Shown: positions 42,190 through 51,854, counted from the stretch's first letter. The stretch: DNA of 64,000 bases from an uncultured Alistipes sp. (GCA_964427035.1 CAYRSF010000040.1:2493-66492); one strand, 5' to 3'. Numbers and translations are program-made. Notes: a model not told the origin generated them from the letters alone.

Positions 42190-43290
42190 TCACTCTTTTG
42201 CGAAACGATGCGCCCACTCGGCATCGAATCGTTCGGGCGTCATATCCACCATGGTTATATGCCCCATTTTGCGGCGGGGACGCGATTCGCTCTTGCCGTA
42301 TATATGGACATAGACGTTTTCGTGTTTCTCGGCGGCTATCGTCTGTGCCGTCTCCAAATCGCGACCGAGAATATTTTTCATCACCGTCGGCGCGACGAGT
42401 TGCGGTTCGACGAGCGGTTCGCCGAGCAGGTAGCGCACCGACTCCGTATACTGGTCGGTCGTGCAGCCCTCTATCGTATAGTGTCCGCTGTTGTGGGGTC
42501 GCGGAGCCATTTCATTGAATACGACATCCCCGCCGCGGACGAAATACTCTATCGCCAGTATTCCCTCGTAACCGCAGCGACGCATGAACGCTTCGCTCTG
42601 GCGTATCATCCGTTCGCGAACCGTCGCGGTCATGTGCGGAGCCGGGACGATGCTCGAATCGAGAATTCCGCCGCTGTGAACATTGCATCCGACCGGAAAA
42701 GTAACGATACGCTCCTTGTCGGCGACCATGATTACGCTCGCTTCACAGTCGAAATCGATGAACTCTTCGAGAATCATCGGCACGGATAGCCTCTTTTCCG
42801 CCGCAGCCCTGTCTTCGTCCGAACGCAGCACCGTCTGACCGTGTCCGTCATAACCGAGCCGCCGGCTTTTGAGAATGCACGGATAGCCGAAACGCTCCGT
42901 TCCGCTGCGCAGGTCGTCGGCATTGTCCACCGCCATATACCCTCCGCACGAAAGCCCGCCGCGCTCGGCATTGCGCTTTTCTATCAGCCGGTCCTGCGAA
43001 TCGAAGAGTTGGCGGACTCCCTGTTTGATATTGTATTTCTCAGCCAAAGGCATCAACACCTCGGCAGAAATGTTTTCGAATTCATAGGTTACGACATCCG
43101 ACGCGGCGCACAGACGCTCCAATGCCTGCGCATCGTCGAACGACCGTGCGACGATATGTTCGTCGCATACGCGGAAAGCCGGAGCATCCTCCGACAAATC
43201 CAATGCGACCGTACGGACACCGAGACGCTTTGCCGCTTCGGCAATCATCAGTCCCAACTGTCCGCCGCCTATGATACCGATTTTGGTCAT
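42190..43290 (-). CDS. purK: N5-CAIR synthetase
   Basis: GIIGGGQLG, GYDGHGQ, NEMAPRPHNSGH, RKMGHIT. Confidence 0.96.
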   Translation of the reverse strand: MTKIGIIGGGQLGLMIAEAAKRLGVRTVALDLSEDAPAFRVCDEHIVARSFDDAQALERLCAASDVVTYEFENISAEVLMPLAEKYNIKQGVRQLFDSQDRLIEKRNAERGGLSCGGYMAVDNADDLRSGTERFGYPCILKSRRLGYDGHGQTVLRSDEDRAAAEKRLSVPMILEEFIDFDCEASVIMVADKERIVTFPVGCNVHSGGILDSSIVPAPHMTATVRERMIRQSEAFMRRCGYEGILAIEYFVRGGDVVFNEMAPRPHNSGHYTIEGCTTDQYTESVRYLLGEPLVEPQLVAPTVMKNILGRDLETAQTIAAEKHENVYVHIYGKSESRPRRKMGHITMVDMTPERFDAEWAHRFAKE

Positions 43291-43300
43291 GCGTTCGCGA

Positions 43301-43768
43301 TTATAATTCGGCTGCCAGTACTTTCGCCGTCTGCCCGGCACGGAAAGCGTCCAGACGTCGTGCAATCTCCCCATCGCGCAATGCGAGAATCGAAACCGCT
43401 ATAAGGGCGGCATTGCGTGCGCCGTTGATAGCGACGGTCGCTACCGGAACTCCCGCCGGCATCTGCACTATCGAGAGCAGCGAATCGACCCCTTTCAACG
43501 CCCGTGTCTGCACCGGAACGCCGATAACCGGCAGCGGAGTAATAGCCGCAGTCATCCCGGGCAGGTGCGCCGCTCCGCCCGCACCGGCAATGATTACATC
43601 CAATCCCCGTTCGCGCGCCGTGGATGCATATTCGTACAGCAGTTGCGGAGTGCGATGCGCGCTCACGACCCGTTTTTCGCAAGGGATGCCGAACTCTTCG
43701 AGGGTCTCGACTGCAGCCGACATCACTTCCCAGTCGCTCGTCGATCCCATGATTACGCCTACTTTCAT
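43301..43768 (-). CDS. purE: N5-CAIR mutase
   Basis: [32 protein letters not shown]. Confidence 0.97.
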   Translation of the reverse strand: MKVGVIMGSTSDWEVMSAAVETLEEFGIPCEKRVVSAHRTPQLLYEYASTARERGLDVIIAGAGGAAHLPGMTAAITPLPVIGVPVQTRALKGVDSLLSIVQMPAGVPVATVAINGARNAALIAVSILALRDGEIARRLDAFRAGQTAKVLAAEL

Positions 43769-43789
43769 TAACCAAACCGTTTTTAACGT

Positions 43790-44053
43790 TCAACAAAAAA
43801 ATAGGAAACCACCGCAACGCTCCCGTTGCAGTGGTTTCCATGCTTCATTCCCGCATACATTCGGACATTGAGATCGAGCGGATTGCAGGCGGCTCGACGA
43901 GCATGCCGACGGATGCGAACTCTGCACAAGGCTGCGCTGTCGGCGGACATTCGATCCTGCGGCGGCATTCTGCCGCCCGGTCCTCTTACCCCGTTCCAAG
44001 GAGAAAGATAACCCGACGCTCGACCCAACAAAGTTTTTCATGATGCAAATGTA
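43790..44053 (-). promoter_or_regulatory. pur operon promoter (-7 TACATTTG) and structured leader with an 83-codon uORF
   Basis: TAnnTTTG at 44053-44046; ATG at 44041; nested helices; uORF ends just past the terminator U-tract. Confidence 0.6.
43794..43839 (-). terminator. Intrinsic terminator/attenuator in the pur operon leader
   Basis: GGAAACCACTGCAACG-GGAG-CGTTGCGGTGGTTTCC-TATTTTTTT; its one mismatch is a G-U pair only on the minus strand. Confidence 0.88.
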
Positions 44054-44109
44054 TGCACCATTTCCCCGAAAACGGAATCTTCGCGACCGTTTTTATCAAC
44101 ACTTTTTCA

Positions 44110-46206
44110 TCAATTCCGATTTCGGCGACTTTTCGCTCCGAAGTCGGGCGATATGCCGATGAAGATTCCGAAATTCCGACCGGGCATCGGATGCGACAGC
44201 ACCGTTTCGTACTCCTCGCCGAACAGATTGTTCACGTCGGCACGCACCGACAGTTCGCCCCACCGCCACGAAAAGCGTTTTTCGAGCGAAACATCGTTCA
44301 TGAAATATGGAGCGACCATGCCGGTTACCGTCATGTCGCCCGACGACACGGTATACCGTTCGCTGTAATATCTCCATTTGTAGGCGAGCGACCAGCCACG
44401 CCAGGATATGCGACCCGTCGCCGACGAAGTATAGACCGGAATATAGGGCAGTTGTCTGCCGTAGGACATGTCGTTCTCCGACACTGCATCCGCCCTGTTG
44501 AGCGACCGCGTCATCGAAAACAGACCGTTCGCCGACAGCGACCAGCCGCCGCCGATATCGGCTGCGAGCGAAATCTTCGCCTCGAAACCGTAACTGTGCA
44601 CACGGCGGATATTGAGCGGCGTCCAAAAGCCCTTGAATGTCGGACGCCACAGAATCCAGTTGTCGATATACGAATCGAATGCCGACACCTCGCCCGAAAT
44701 GTTCAGTCGTCCTCCGGCGCATCCTACCGAAAACGATGCTCCGCCGTCATAGGTGAATCCGTGTTCGGGTTTCAAATCGGGATTGCCGCCCGGCTGGAAA
44801 TAGAGGTCGTTGAGCGTCGGATAGCGGTAATTGCGCGTAACGGATGCTTTCAGCACGACATTGCCTTTTCGCGAAACGAGATAATCGACGAATGCCGCCG
44901 GAACGACGGGCGTATGGCGGCTGCCGTAAAGGTCCCAACGCGCCGACACCGCCAGCCCCAGCCGTTCGACGGGGCGATAGCGCACCGATGCCGCCGCCGA
45001 GAGTTCGAACCGTGCCTGACGGTAGCCGACAATCGCTTCGTCGCCGGCATTGTTGTACACCGATTCGTCGCGGCTGGTTACGAAGTGCTGATTGGCGGAG
45101 ATGTCGGCGGAAATCATCAGTTTGTCGCGCAGCGAATACTCCGCCTCGAAACGTCCGAATGCGGAGTGGACGTAACTCTGCGAGCGGATGCCCTCGATCA
45201 TCTCCCCGCCCGAACCCGTAATGTCGAACAGATAGCGATAGAGCATGTCCGTATATGTATAGCCCGCTTTCGCACCCAACCTGACGTCGCGCAGAATCCT
45301 GTTCCACGACAATACTGCCCGCAATGTCGATTCGTTCTGCGAAGCGCGCGTGGTACTGTCGTCGCGATAGTCGGTCGAGAGTTTAGGCACGCCGCGGTCG
45401 GAGAGCGTATACCACACGGCAGCACTGAACCGGTCGCCCTTGCGGGAGTTGTAATATGCCTCCTGCAAAAAGTGGAAATCGGCGTAGTCGCCGTTGCGGT
45501 TGCGTTCGGTCGGATATTTCCGACCTTCGACGCGCCCCGCATCGTCGAACGAGAGTTCGGGCAGACGGGAATAGTTCGTATACTTGAAATCGTTGCGCGA
45601 CGACGAATAGAGCAGTCGCGTCGATACGCTCCAACGTTCGCCCCCGTAGGTGAACCGCAAATACTCGTCGAAAGTCATGAACGACCCTATGCCCTGAATA
45701 TAGCGCAATCCGAAACCTCGTTCGCCGGTCGGTCGGTTGTCGAGCGTAATCGCCCCGCCCAATCCGCCCGAAGCGATTCCGACTGCGCTCGCACCGGTAT
45801 AAAGGCTCGCATCGTCGATGAAATACGATGGCACGAGCGAGAAATCGACCGTACCGAGCATGGGCGAATTTATCGTCAGTCCGTTCCACGCGACCTGCGT
45901 ATGCGACGGCGCAGTACCGCGCACCGACACGGTAGCCATCGTTCCGCGACCGTAGGATTTGATAAAGGTATTGGTATTTTGGAGCAGCACGTCGCCCATC
46001 GACAGCGCGATATTGTCGTGCAGCGCGAGAGTATCCAGACGGGTGCGCTGAATGCCTATGTCTTTGAGCAACCGGGTTCCGCGCACCTCGATTCGCTCTA
46101 TCTCAACATTGCGTTCGCCGCTCTGTGCACGGACTGCATCAGGCTCTGTTGCGAACAGCGTCAGAACGGCAAAGAACAATATGTATTTCGGCAGCCGCAT
46201 CGTCAA
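44110..46206 (-). CDS. btuB: TonB-dependent cobalamin receptor (BtuB-like)
   Basis: Signal peptide, plug motif VRGTAPSHTQVAWNG, YRYPTLNDLY, PMPGRNF; downstream of a B12 riboswitch. Confidence 0.85.
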   Translation of the reverse strand: MTMRLPKYILFFAVLTLFATEPDAVRAQSGERNVEIERIEVRGTRLLKDIGIQRTRLDTLALHDNIALSMGDVLLQNTNTFIKSYGRGTMATVSVRGTAPSHTQVAWNGLTINSPMLGTVDFSLVPSYFIDDASLYTGASAVGIASGGLGGAITLDNRPTGERGFGLRYIQGIGSFMTFDEYLRFTYGGERWSVSTRLLYSSSRNDFKYTNYSRLPELSFDDAGRVEGRKYPTERNRNGDYADFHFLQEAYYNSRKGDRFSAAVWYTLSDRGVPKLSTDYRDDSTTRASQNESTLRAVLSWNRILRDVRLGAKAGYTYTDMLYRYLFDITGSGGEMIEGIRSQSYVHSAFGRFEAEYSLRDKLMISADISANQHFVTSRDESVYNNAGDEAIVGYRQARFELSAAASVRYRPVERLGLAVSARWDLYGSRHTPVVPAAFVDYLVSRKGNVVLKASVTRNYRYPTLNDLYFQPGGNPDLKPEHGFTYDGGASFSVGCAGGRLNISGEVSAFDSYIDNWILWRPTFKGFWTPLNIRRVHSYGFEAKISLAADIGGGWSLSANGLFSMTRSLNRADAVSENDMSYGRQLPYIPVYTSSATGRISWRGWSLAYKWRYYSERYTVSSGDMTVTGMVAPYFMNDVSLEKRFSWRWGELSVRADVNNLFGEEYETVLSHPMPGRNFGIFIGISPDFGAKSRRNRN

Positions 46207-47252
46207 TCGGCGTATTTGAAGCAGAACGCCCCGGGAGTTATGCCGACGCGGAACGAATCGACGAATCCGCCCGTTCCCGTATAGCGATAGACCGTACCGT
46301 TCTGCACGTAATCGACGGCATCGGCGACATAGATATCGCCGTTGTGCGGATCGACCGTCAAACCGTAATATATCGTACCGCGGCTGTCGATAAGCGGCTC
46401 CTGCGGAAGTTCGTCGGCATCGACCGGCATGGTCATCACGTCATCGTTCAGGAAATAGAGATTTGCTCCCTCGCCGTCGATGCACAACTCCGACGGCGCA
46501 CGGTTTTCGGCGAACACGAATGAACGTTCGACGATTTGCCGTTCGGCATCGATGCGCCACAGCGAAGCCTGCGCGTCCGCCGACAGACCGCCGCCGCACA
46601 GACACCAGATTTTGCCGTTGCGGTCGAGCACCATCGAATCGGGCTGGCGACCGACTTCGATTTCGCGCACTATTTCGTCGGTCTGCGAATCGACAACGAG
46701 TATCGTATCGTCATAAGACCAACAGCAGACGAATACATAGCGTCCGCAGCGCACCATCCGTTCGGTCGATTTGTGTTCGCCCGTATCTATCGAACCCGTA
46801 ACGGAGTTCGTCCGCGGATCGACTATCGAAATACGTGCCGCATACAAATCGCTGACGTATGCCTTTTCGTCCGACAGGAACAGCATGTATCGCGGCGAAA
46901 CCAGTCCGCGGATTATGCCGCGCACCTCGAACGTACAGAGGTCTATCGCATACACGACGCCCGAGTTGTTCACCACGACATATCCGATACCGTCATGAAC
47001 AGTCATCGACTGCGCCACATCGCCGAGTTTCGCGCCGTTCGCCCGCAGAAACACGTCATTCATGCACTCGCCGCTGCCGAAATCGTAATAGGAGAGCGAG
47101 GCGTTTCCGTACATGAAGTTGCCCTCGTTCAGAATGAACAGACCCGGCGAACCCGACGTATCGAACCGTTCGAGCGCGGGCGCACCGTACTCGATGCAGC
47201 CGCCGAACACGAGCGCACACAGCGTTACGAGTATGGACGACAGTCGGCGCAT
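46203..47252 (-). CDS. btuG: Surface beta-propeller lipoprotein (BtuG-like)
   Basis: Lipobox FGGC, NEGNFMYGNASLSYYD, LGDVAQSM, SPRY, DAVDYVQNG; directly upstream of btuB. Confidence 0.8.
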   Translation of the reverse strand: MRRLSSILVTLCALVFGGCIEYGAPALERFDTSGSPGLFILNEGNFMYGNASLSYYDFGSGECMNDVFLRANGAKLGDVAQSMTVHDGIGYVVVNNSGVVYAIDLCTFEVRGIIRGLVSPRYMLFLSDEKAYVSDLYAARISIVDPRTNSVTGSIDTGEHKSTERMVRCGRYVFVCCWSYDDTILVVDSQTDEIVREIEVGRQPDSMVLDRNGKIWCLCGGGLSADAQASLWRIDAERQIVERSFVFAENRAPSELCIDGEGANLYFLNDDVMTMPVDADELPQEPLIDSRGTIYYGLTVDPHNGDIYVADAVDYVQNGTVYRYTGTGGFVDSFRVGITPGAFCFKYAD

Positions 47253-48199
47253 CAGTCTCCGGCGGAAATTCTGTTATAGTCCTTGATTGCCGTTACTTCG
47301 GTCGATGCTTCGCCGAGCCAGCCGCTCTTGGTATTCACTCCGGTCTGAATCTTCACGAAACGGATTCGGTCGAGATGCGCCGGTTCGCCGTCGGCATCCA
47401 CGGCGTCGGAGATTTTCAGCAGTGTATATCGCCGCGCCGAAGCCTTGCCCTCGACGGTTTCGCTGCCGACGCTGTCGCTGCCGAGATTATCGGCATATCC
47501 CCGGTCGCAGGCGGGATTTATCCAGTATTGCCCGTCGCCGTCGCGATCGTAGTTGCGTGCTTTCAACCGAGTGCCCGACAGCGTATAGGAGTCCTCCTCT
47601 ATCCATGCGGGATAGTAGAAATCCTGCCGGTGCGAAGCGGCCATATAGTCGATTTCGCCCGCTTCGCCGAGATTGTCGCGCCAGAGGACGGGTTGTCCGG
47701 CTGCCGCAGGACGGTAATATGTAACCTCGTAGCCGCGCACCGTTCCGTGCGATGCCGCATCGGCTCCGCTGTCGCTGCCGGCGAGTTCGTACCACGTATC
47801 GTCGGGAATGCCGTTGCCGTTGTCGTCGGGCATCACCCACACGATACCGGGTTCGTTCGATGTCTCGGTCTGATTGCCGCCTATGGCGAGATTGTAACCT
47901 CCGTTATCGACGATGTCGTGGTCGAATCCGGCGACTACATAGCCGCCGAAGCCGCCGAGCGAGAGATACAGTCCGCTTTTCAACCGCTTTTCGGCATATA
48001 GCGCCGCTTCCTCCGCGGTCGATTCGCCGGAATAGCCCGATACCGTTTCGTTAATGAATTGCCCCGGAGCGGGAACGAACTCGAATACACGGTCGAAATC
48101 GACCCCGTCGGACGATTCGCCGCCCCCGATTTTTATCACCTCGCCGGAATTGCAACCGACCATAACTGCCGCCAAAACGGCTGCCAACGCTCTCTTCAT
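47252..48199 (-). CDS. Surface lipoprotein with PAPGQF motif (BtuH-like, B12-associated)
   Basis: Lipobox VGC; PAPGQFIN, SLGGFGGY, EPGIVWV, WYELAGS, GEASTE. Confidence 0.65.
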   Translation of the reverse strand: MKRALAAVLAAVMVGCNSGEVIKIGGGESSDGVDFDRVFEFVPAPGQFINETVSGYSGESTAEEAALYAEKRLKSGLYLSLGGFGGYVVAGFDHDIVDNGGYNLAIGGNQTETSNEPGIVWVMPDDNGNGIPDDTWYELAGSDSGADAASHGTVRGYEVTYYRPAAAGQPVLWRDNLGEAGEIDYMAASHRQDFYYPAWIEEDSYTLSGTRLKARNYDRDGDGQYWINPACDRGYADNLGSDSVGSETVEGKASARRYTLLKISDAVDADGEPAHLDRIRFVKIQTGVNTKSGWLGEASTEVTAIKDYNRISAGD

Positions 48200-48370
48200 A
48201 ACCGCACTTCTTAAAAACGCATCGGGAGCGATGCCTCGACATCGTTCCCAACACGCCGGAGTCGCCTCCGCCCTAAACTAAACTAATAAATACGCACCTT
48301 TTCGACAAGCCGCAGACAACGCCGCATCCCGCAGGGCTGTGCCGCAGCGAAAAAGGTGAATGAAACCGGA

Positions 48371-49156
48371 CTACTCCTCTAAAATGTTCTTATATACGGT
48401 AATGTCGTCCATCGCGAAATATGCCGGAATCAATAACATCTCCGCTCCGCCGTTCCACTGCATGTCGAACTTTACCTTCCAAATCTCGCCGAGTTCCGAC
48501 AGATTCCACTCCGTCCAGTCGTCGAACGCGAATTTGCCATTTCGGTAGAGATAGAGTTCGACGGACTTGCCCTCGACCTCAGCACCGTCGGTGCCCTTCG
48601 CATATCCGGTCGCAACGATTTTCAACCAATCGTCTTCGTCGAGTTTCGAAGCGTATCCGTCGCCGTTTTTAGCCACGAAATAGAAATATGTCGTCGGGCA
48701 CACGTACATATTCACTATCGTTCCCGCTCCGGACTTGAATTCGATAACAGGTCGCGAATCGCCATACGCAGATTTATATCCGTTGCATACCAAGCAGTTG
48801 CTGCCCGAATGCGCATCGTCGGCATAGACTGTGAGTTGCTGAGTAGACGAATTGTTGGCTTCGAGGTCGCGGCTGATATAGTTCGATACCGCGATGCCGC
48901 CGCCCCAGAACTTGTTGTCCCCATACGAATTGGTGAGTTCGCTGTAAAGGTCGGTCGTCTCGTCGTACCACGAATAGCCTTCGCCGCCGTAAAGCAGAGT
49001 TCCGTTGAATTGCTTGTCGTCGATTTTGCCGTCCCAATAGTCGCCCTCGAAAGTCAATGTAAGATAACGGTCGCCGTTGTCTTCTTTCGGATCGCTCTTT
49101 TCGCAACCCGCAGCGAAAATCGAAACCGCCAATGCAAAATAGAAAAATTTTTTCAT
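48371..49156 (-). CDS. DUF4465-type lipoprotein (BtuJ-like)
   Basis: Lipobox AAGC; WGGGIAVSNY, C-terminal PAYFAMDDI; first gene after the riboswitch. Confidence 0.7.
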   Translation of the reverse strand: MKKFFYFALAVSIFAAGCEKSDPKEDNGDRYLTLTFEGDYWDGKIDDKQFNGTLLYGGEGYSWYDETTDLYSELTNSYGDNKFWGGGIAVSNYISRDLEANNSSTQQLTVYADDAHSGSNCLVCNGYKSAYGDSRPVIEFKSGAGTIVNMYVCPTTYFYFVAKNGDGYASKLDEDDWLKIVATGYAKGTDGAEVEGKSVELYLYRNGKFAFDDWTEWNLSELGEIWKVKFDMQWNGGAEMLLIPAYFAMDDITVYKNILEE

Positions 49157-49312
49157 ACTGTCGATATTTTAATTTTACAAATGTCCGCGCACACGATTCA
49201 GCCCGCAACCGACTGCGAATGCGTACGCTCACTGAAATTCAACAGTACTCCGCTCTCCAATGGGAAAAGTTCCGTCGATTCAACCCGTCCGCCGCAGGCA
49301 TAAATCCGCAAA

Positions 49313-49506
49313 TCGCAAGGCAGGTCTTCTGACTCGTCTTTATCCCGACGCCTTCCCGACCGGCGAAGCGGTCAGTGGCAGAGATTGTCGGGCGTTCGCT
49401 CTTTCTCACGAAAGAGAAGACTCACAGCAGCGAGGACTGTTCGGGATTTGCACCCGATTCCCTTTTCATCATCGGCGAATGCAATGCGCCGACGAAACCT
49501 TTGCGA
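49313..49506 (-). promoter_or_regulatory. Cobalamin riboswitch
   Basis: AAAAGGGAATCGGGTGCAAATCCCGAACAGTCCTCGCTGCTGTGA...GCCACTG...GGGAAGGC...B12 box AGTCAGAAGACCTGCC; -7 TATATTTG at 49516-49509. Confidence 0.95.
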
Positions 49507-49703
49507 TGCAAATATACGATATTTTTTCGGTTTATTCGGTTCGAACGAAATTTTTTTTCGAAAGTTCGTCCGTTCGCGGCGGACTATTCGTATTCCGCGG
49601 TATAAAAAATTACTTTAAGTTACGAAAATTTCGCATAAATTTACTTAACTTTGCAGAAAATATGCACTGACGTTAAAATTAACACAATAAAATTTTGAAA
49701 ACG

Positions 49704-50849
49704 ATGAAAAAAATCTTTTTTGCCGCATTGGCGTTCGCATTCGCCGCAACGGCAACCTCTTGCTCGAACAAGGGGGCAACGACAATCACAAAGGGCAATG
49801 AATCCAAAATGGACTCGCTGTCGTATTGTCTGGGGGCGAATATCGGCTTCGGCGTAAGCGGCGAGATGTCCGACATTCCGTTCAACATCGACCTCGTGAA
49901 GAAAGGCATCGAAGAGGGTGCGCTCGGCAAGGCCGAACAGACTCAGGAGGATGCCGTGGACATTCTCCGCGAATATTTCATGAACAAGCGCAACGAGCGT
50001 CGCACGAAACTCGACGAGCAGAAGAAGGCTGCCGAGACCGATTCGACGGCGGTCGTAGACAAATCCATCATGTTCGAAAGCCCGTCGGAGTGCGACGAAG
50101 TTTCGTATGCATTCGGCAACGACATCGGCAACAACGTCCGCGCAAGCAAACTCCCGCTCCAAACCTACTGGCTCAACAAAGGTTTCGCCGATGCGTTCGA
50201 GGGGTACAGCGAAATCGAGGAGGGCGACGTTCAGTCGTTCCTGCAAAACTACTTCATGGTGGTTCGCCCTGCACAGGTTGCGAAAGCATCCGAGGAGTGG
50301 CTCGCCAAAATGGAGAAGAAATCGGGAGTGAAGAAGACCGAGAGCGGACTTCTCTACAAAGTCGTTAAATCCGGCGATATGACTGCCGCAGCGACCGACG
50401 ACCGCGACGTGGTAGTCGTAAAGTACGAGGGCAAGACCAAGGACGGAGAAGTTTTCGATTCGACCTACCAGCGCATCGAGGAGATCGAAAAGCAAATCGA
50501 CGAAGTTAAGAAGAACAAGGATCTGACCGACGAACAGAAGACGGAGCGCACCGCTCAACTCGAAGAGGAGAAAGCCGGCATGGCGACTATCGAGTTCCCG
50601 CTCAACCGCGTTATCAAAGGTTGGACCGAGGGTATGAAACTCGTCGGCAAAGGCGGCAAAATCATTCTCTACATTCCGTCGGAACTGGCTTACGGACCGC
50701 GCGGCGCAGGACGTGCAATCGGTCCTAACGAGGCTCTCGAATTCACGGTAGAGTTAATCGACGTCAAGCCGTACGTGGAGCCGGAACCGGCTGCCGAAAC
50801 CGAGACCGAAGCAGCAGCCGAGGCTGCCCCTGCCGAAGAGAAGAAATAG
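49704..50849 (+). CDS. FKBP-type peptidyl-prolyl isomerase lipoprotein with a duplicated FKBP_N region
   Basis: Lipobox ATSC; DSLSYCLG and DEVSYAFG; VKKTESGLLY, VFDS, VIKGWTEG, LAYG. Confidence 0.92.
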   Translation: MKKIFFAALAFAFAATATSCSNKGATTITKGNESKMDSLSYCLGANIGFGVSGEMSDIPFNIDLVKKGIEEGALGKAEQTQEDAVDILREYFMNKRNERRTKLDEQKKAAETDSTAVVDKSIMFESPSECDEVSYAFGNDIGNNVRASKLPLQTYWLNKGFADAFEGYSEIEEGDVQSFLQNYFMVVRPAQVAKASEEWLAKMEKKSGVKKTESGLLYKVVKSGDMTAAATDDRDVVVVKYEGKTKDGEVFDSTYQRIEEIEKQIDEVKKNKDLTDEQKTERTAQLEEEKAGMATIEFPLNRVIKGWTEGMKLVGKGGKIILYIPSELAYGPRGAGRAIGPNEALEFTVELIDVKPYVEPEPAAETETEAAAEAAPAEEKK

Positions 50850-50866
50850 GTTCTTACCTATTATAT

Positions 50867-50905
50867 AAACAAGATGCCGCCCGAAACAGGCGGCATCTTG
50901 TTTTA
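50867..50905. terminator. Bidirectional intrinsic terminator
   Basis: AAACAAGATGCCGCC-cgaaaca-GGCGGCATCTTGTTT. Confidence 0.85.
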
Positions 50906-50949
50906 TGGGCAACTATGCAAAACCGGTCTGCTGCCGAGACAAAAAATAT

Positions 50950-51201
50950 TTATTTGTTTGCGGGATATTTTATGCCTGCAAAGAAATCTTCGAGAGCGAT
51001 ATTATATAATTCGCAAAACTTCGATATTGAAGTTAAAGTCGGGAATTTTGCTTTACGCTCATAATCAGATATGCCCAATCCCGTCTTATGCATAACGAAT
51101 TCTTTTGTATCATTATGCGATTCCCTTATCTCTTGTAGCCGCTTGGCTATCAATTCTATCAATATGGGATCTGTGGGTTGCACTATAATTATTTTTTGCA
51201 A
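50950..51201 (-). CDS. Small XRE-family HTH regulator (start uncertain; GTG 51183 possible)
   Basis: IAKRLQEIRE...ISDYER...PTLTSISKFCELYNIALEDFF; AT-rich. Confidence 0.75.
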   Translation of the reverse strand: MQKIIIVQPTDPILIELIAKRLQEIRESHNDTKEFVMHKTGLGISDYERKAKFPTLTSISKFCELYNIALEDFFAGIKYPANK

Positions 51202-51344
51202 AGCAAAAAACTATTCAACATTTTTGGCATCATCATATAGTGTTGAAAATTATTTTTTCTATCTTTGTTTCAAAATAATTCAGAAATTCAATAATTATGC
51301 TACCTTTGCCATTGAATAATTCGGCATAGCCGAAAACATGACAT

Positions 51345-51541
51345 TATAAAGGGTAAACAGCTCTTTATACCTTTTGATGAACTTGGAGACCTCTGCGGAG
51401 GATGTTTGAATAGGTATAAAAGTTGTCAATCCTTGTTATGTTCTACCCGATAGCGGGTAGAACTGACAAGGGTGCAGGACGGCTTCTATTCAAAGGTTTC
51501 TCCAAGACCGATCAAAAGGGGCTGACACTTGCGCCCTTATA
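51345..51541 (+). ncRNA. Candidate long rod-like structured RNA
   Basis: Six or more nested helices; -7 element TACCTTTG at 51301; no ORF in the track and none evident downstream. Confidence 0.55.
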
Positions 51542-51617
51542 TTTTTATACCCGACACGAAATACAATTTTGACCAATAAGCCCCAATAAGCCAAAACTTC
51601 GCACGAAGATACCTAAA

Positions 51618-51658
51618 ACGAACGAAGCGATTGCGTATTCCGCAATCGCTTCGTTCGT
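51618..51658. terminator. Terminator hairpin after tRNA-Thr
   Basis: ACGAACGAAGCGATTGCG-tattc-CGCAATCGCTTCGTTCGT perfect 18-bp stem. Confidence 0.8.
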
Positions 51659-51659
51659 G

Positions 51660-51731
<72 letters not shown>

Positions 51732-51854
51732 ATTTCGCTCGTAAAAGCGGTGCAAAAATAGCATAAAAAATCCATTTAACAAACTTTTGCACCCCTTTTA
51801 TTCGAAAAAAGGCAGAAAATCGGGAGATTTCGCACTCCCGATTCTGTCCGAAAA

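Noticed and set aside
38828..42313. Very long antisense ORFs (also 9535-11736, 25093-27744, 44053-46284)
   Set aside because: Shadows of purL, carB, ftsZ/gldE and btuB, as expected in GC-rich coding DNA
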